The notes below the pieces were generated by a model. That model was not told the DNA's origin, did not search any database, and worked only from the letters and a program-made list of their open reading frames with translations. Below are positions 63,519 to 64,000 of a stretch of DNA of 64,000 bases, piece by piece. The stretch's first letter is position 1. Every line of letters begins with the position of its first letter. Source of the stretch: an uncultured beta proteobacterium (GTDB lineage Bacteria > Pseudomonadota > Gammaproteobacteria > Burkholderiales > SG8-41); NCBI GenBank assembly GCA_903889565.1, contig CAISYC010000018.1:18712-82711 (forward strand). Reading direction: 5' to 3'. Position numbers and translations under genes: made by a program.

Positions 63519-64000
63519 TCAGGCGATTTTCCAACCCAGCCATGCGCAAACGCCGCGCCCCATCGTCCATTCGAGATCGGTCGCGGAGAGCCACGGCAGC
63601 TCTTCGGTGAACAGCGTCTGCGCCTGCCTGTATGTGCAGGGCAGGCGCGTGAGATCGGTGCCCCAGAACACACGCTGCGCGCCAAAGGCCGCGAACACCT
63701 CGCGCAAATACGGATGCAGCGCGCGATACGGATACGCATCGGTGGCGATCGCCGGAATGCCGCTCGCCTTGACCGCAATATTCGGCCGCGCGGCCAATGC
63801 CAGCAACTGTTTGATGTCGGTGAAGGCGTCCACGCCCTTCGGGCCCGGCGGCACTGCCAGATGATCGATGATGATTTTCAATGCGGGATGCTGTTCGGCA
63901 ATGCGATCGACCAGCGGCGCATGCTTTTGATGAATCAGGATCATCAGCGGCACGCCCGCCGCTTCGGCTGCCGTCCACAGCCATTCGAGTTCGCCGTTGA
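63519..64000 (-). CDS. amidohydrolase-2 (PF04909-type) family protein; N-terminus runs off the right edge
   Basis: ORF 63519..63953 stays open to the window end. ...PLMILIHQKHAPLVDRIAEQHPALKIIIDHLAVPPG...VKASGIP...RVFWGTDL is a typical C-terminal half of this family. Confidence 0.7.
   Translation of the reverse strand, partial: NGELEWLWTAAEAAGVPLMILIHQKHAPLVDRIAEQHPALKIIIDHLAVPPGPKGVDAFTDIKQLLALAARPNIAVKASGIPAIATDAYPYRALHPYLREVFAAFGAQRVFWGTDLTRLPCTYRQAQTLFTEELPWLSATDLEWTMGRGVCAWLGWKIA

Overview
High-GC proteobacterial chromosomal segment. The gene content looks betaproteobacterial (Burkholderiales type), but that is an inference and no search was run. It is very gene dense: I call about 61 CDS, almost all with 20-130 nt gaps or overlapping start/stop codons. 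I saw no rRNA, tRNA, CRISPR array, transposase or integrase. The main theme is 17 paralogous Bug/TctC-family periplasmic solute-binding protein genes interleaved with catabolic enzyme genes. These enzymes include MBL-fold hydrolases, alpha/beta hydrolases, amidohydrolases, SDRs, GSTs, cupins, an acyl-CoA dehydrogenase with its own EtfBA, an MmgE/PrpD protein, a three-subunit molybdenum hydroxylase, two PQQ-dependent dehydrogenases and a haloacetate-dehalogenase-like enzyme. I found no TctA/TctB, no other permease and no DNA-binding regulator in the 64 kb; the only signalling gene is an orphan PAS-GAF-PAS-GAF histidine kinase. My best candidate for an undescribed system is a five-gene minus-strand operon at 55201-60390. 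It encodes a secreted protein combining a carboxypeptidase-regulatory-like domain, one CxxCH heme-c site and a Vgb-like beta-propeller. It also encodes two small private membrane proteins, a second small CarboxypepD_reg-like protein and a secreted amidohydrolase. This operon lies directly upstream of, and co-directional with, a PQQ alcohol dehydrogenase that carries the D-x-D lanthanide signature. Several enzymes have altered catalytic motifs that can be read directly from the sequence: Lys at the alpha/beta nucleophile elbow, HxHxEH in two MBL paralogs, three SDRs with no Tyr at the expected YxxxK position, and a maleate-isomerase-like protein without either Cys. All family calls come from motif recognition by eye. 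No database search was run, and start codons are best guesses.
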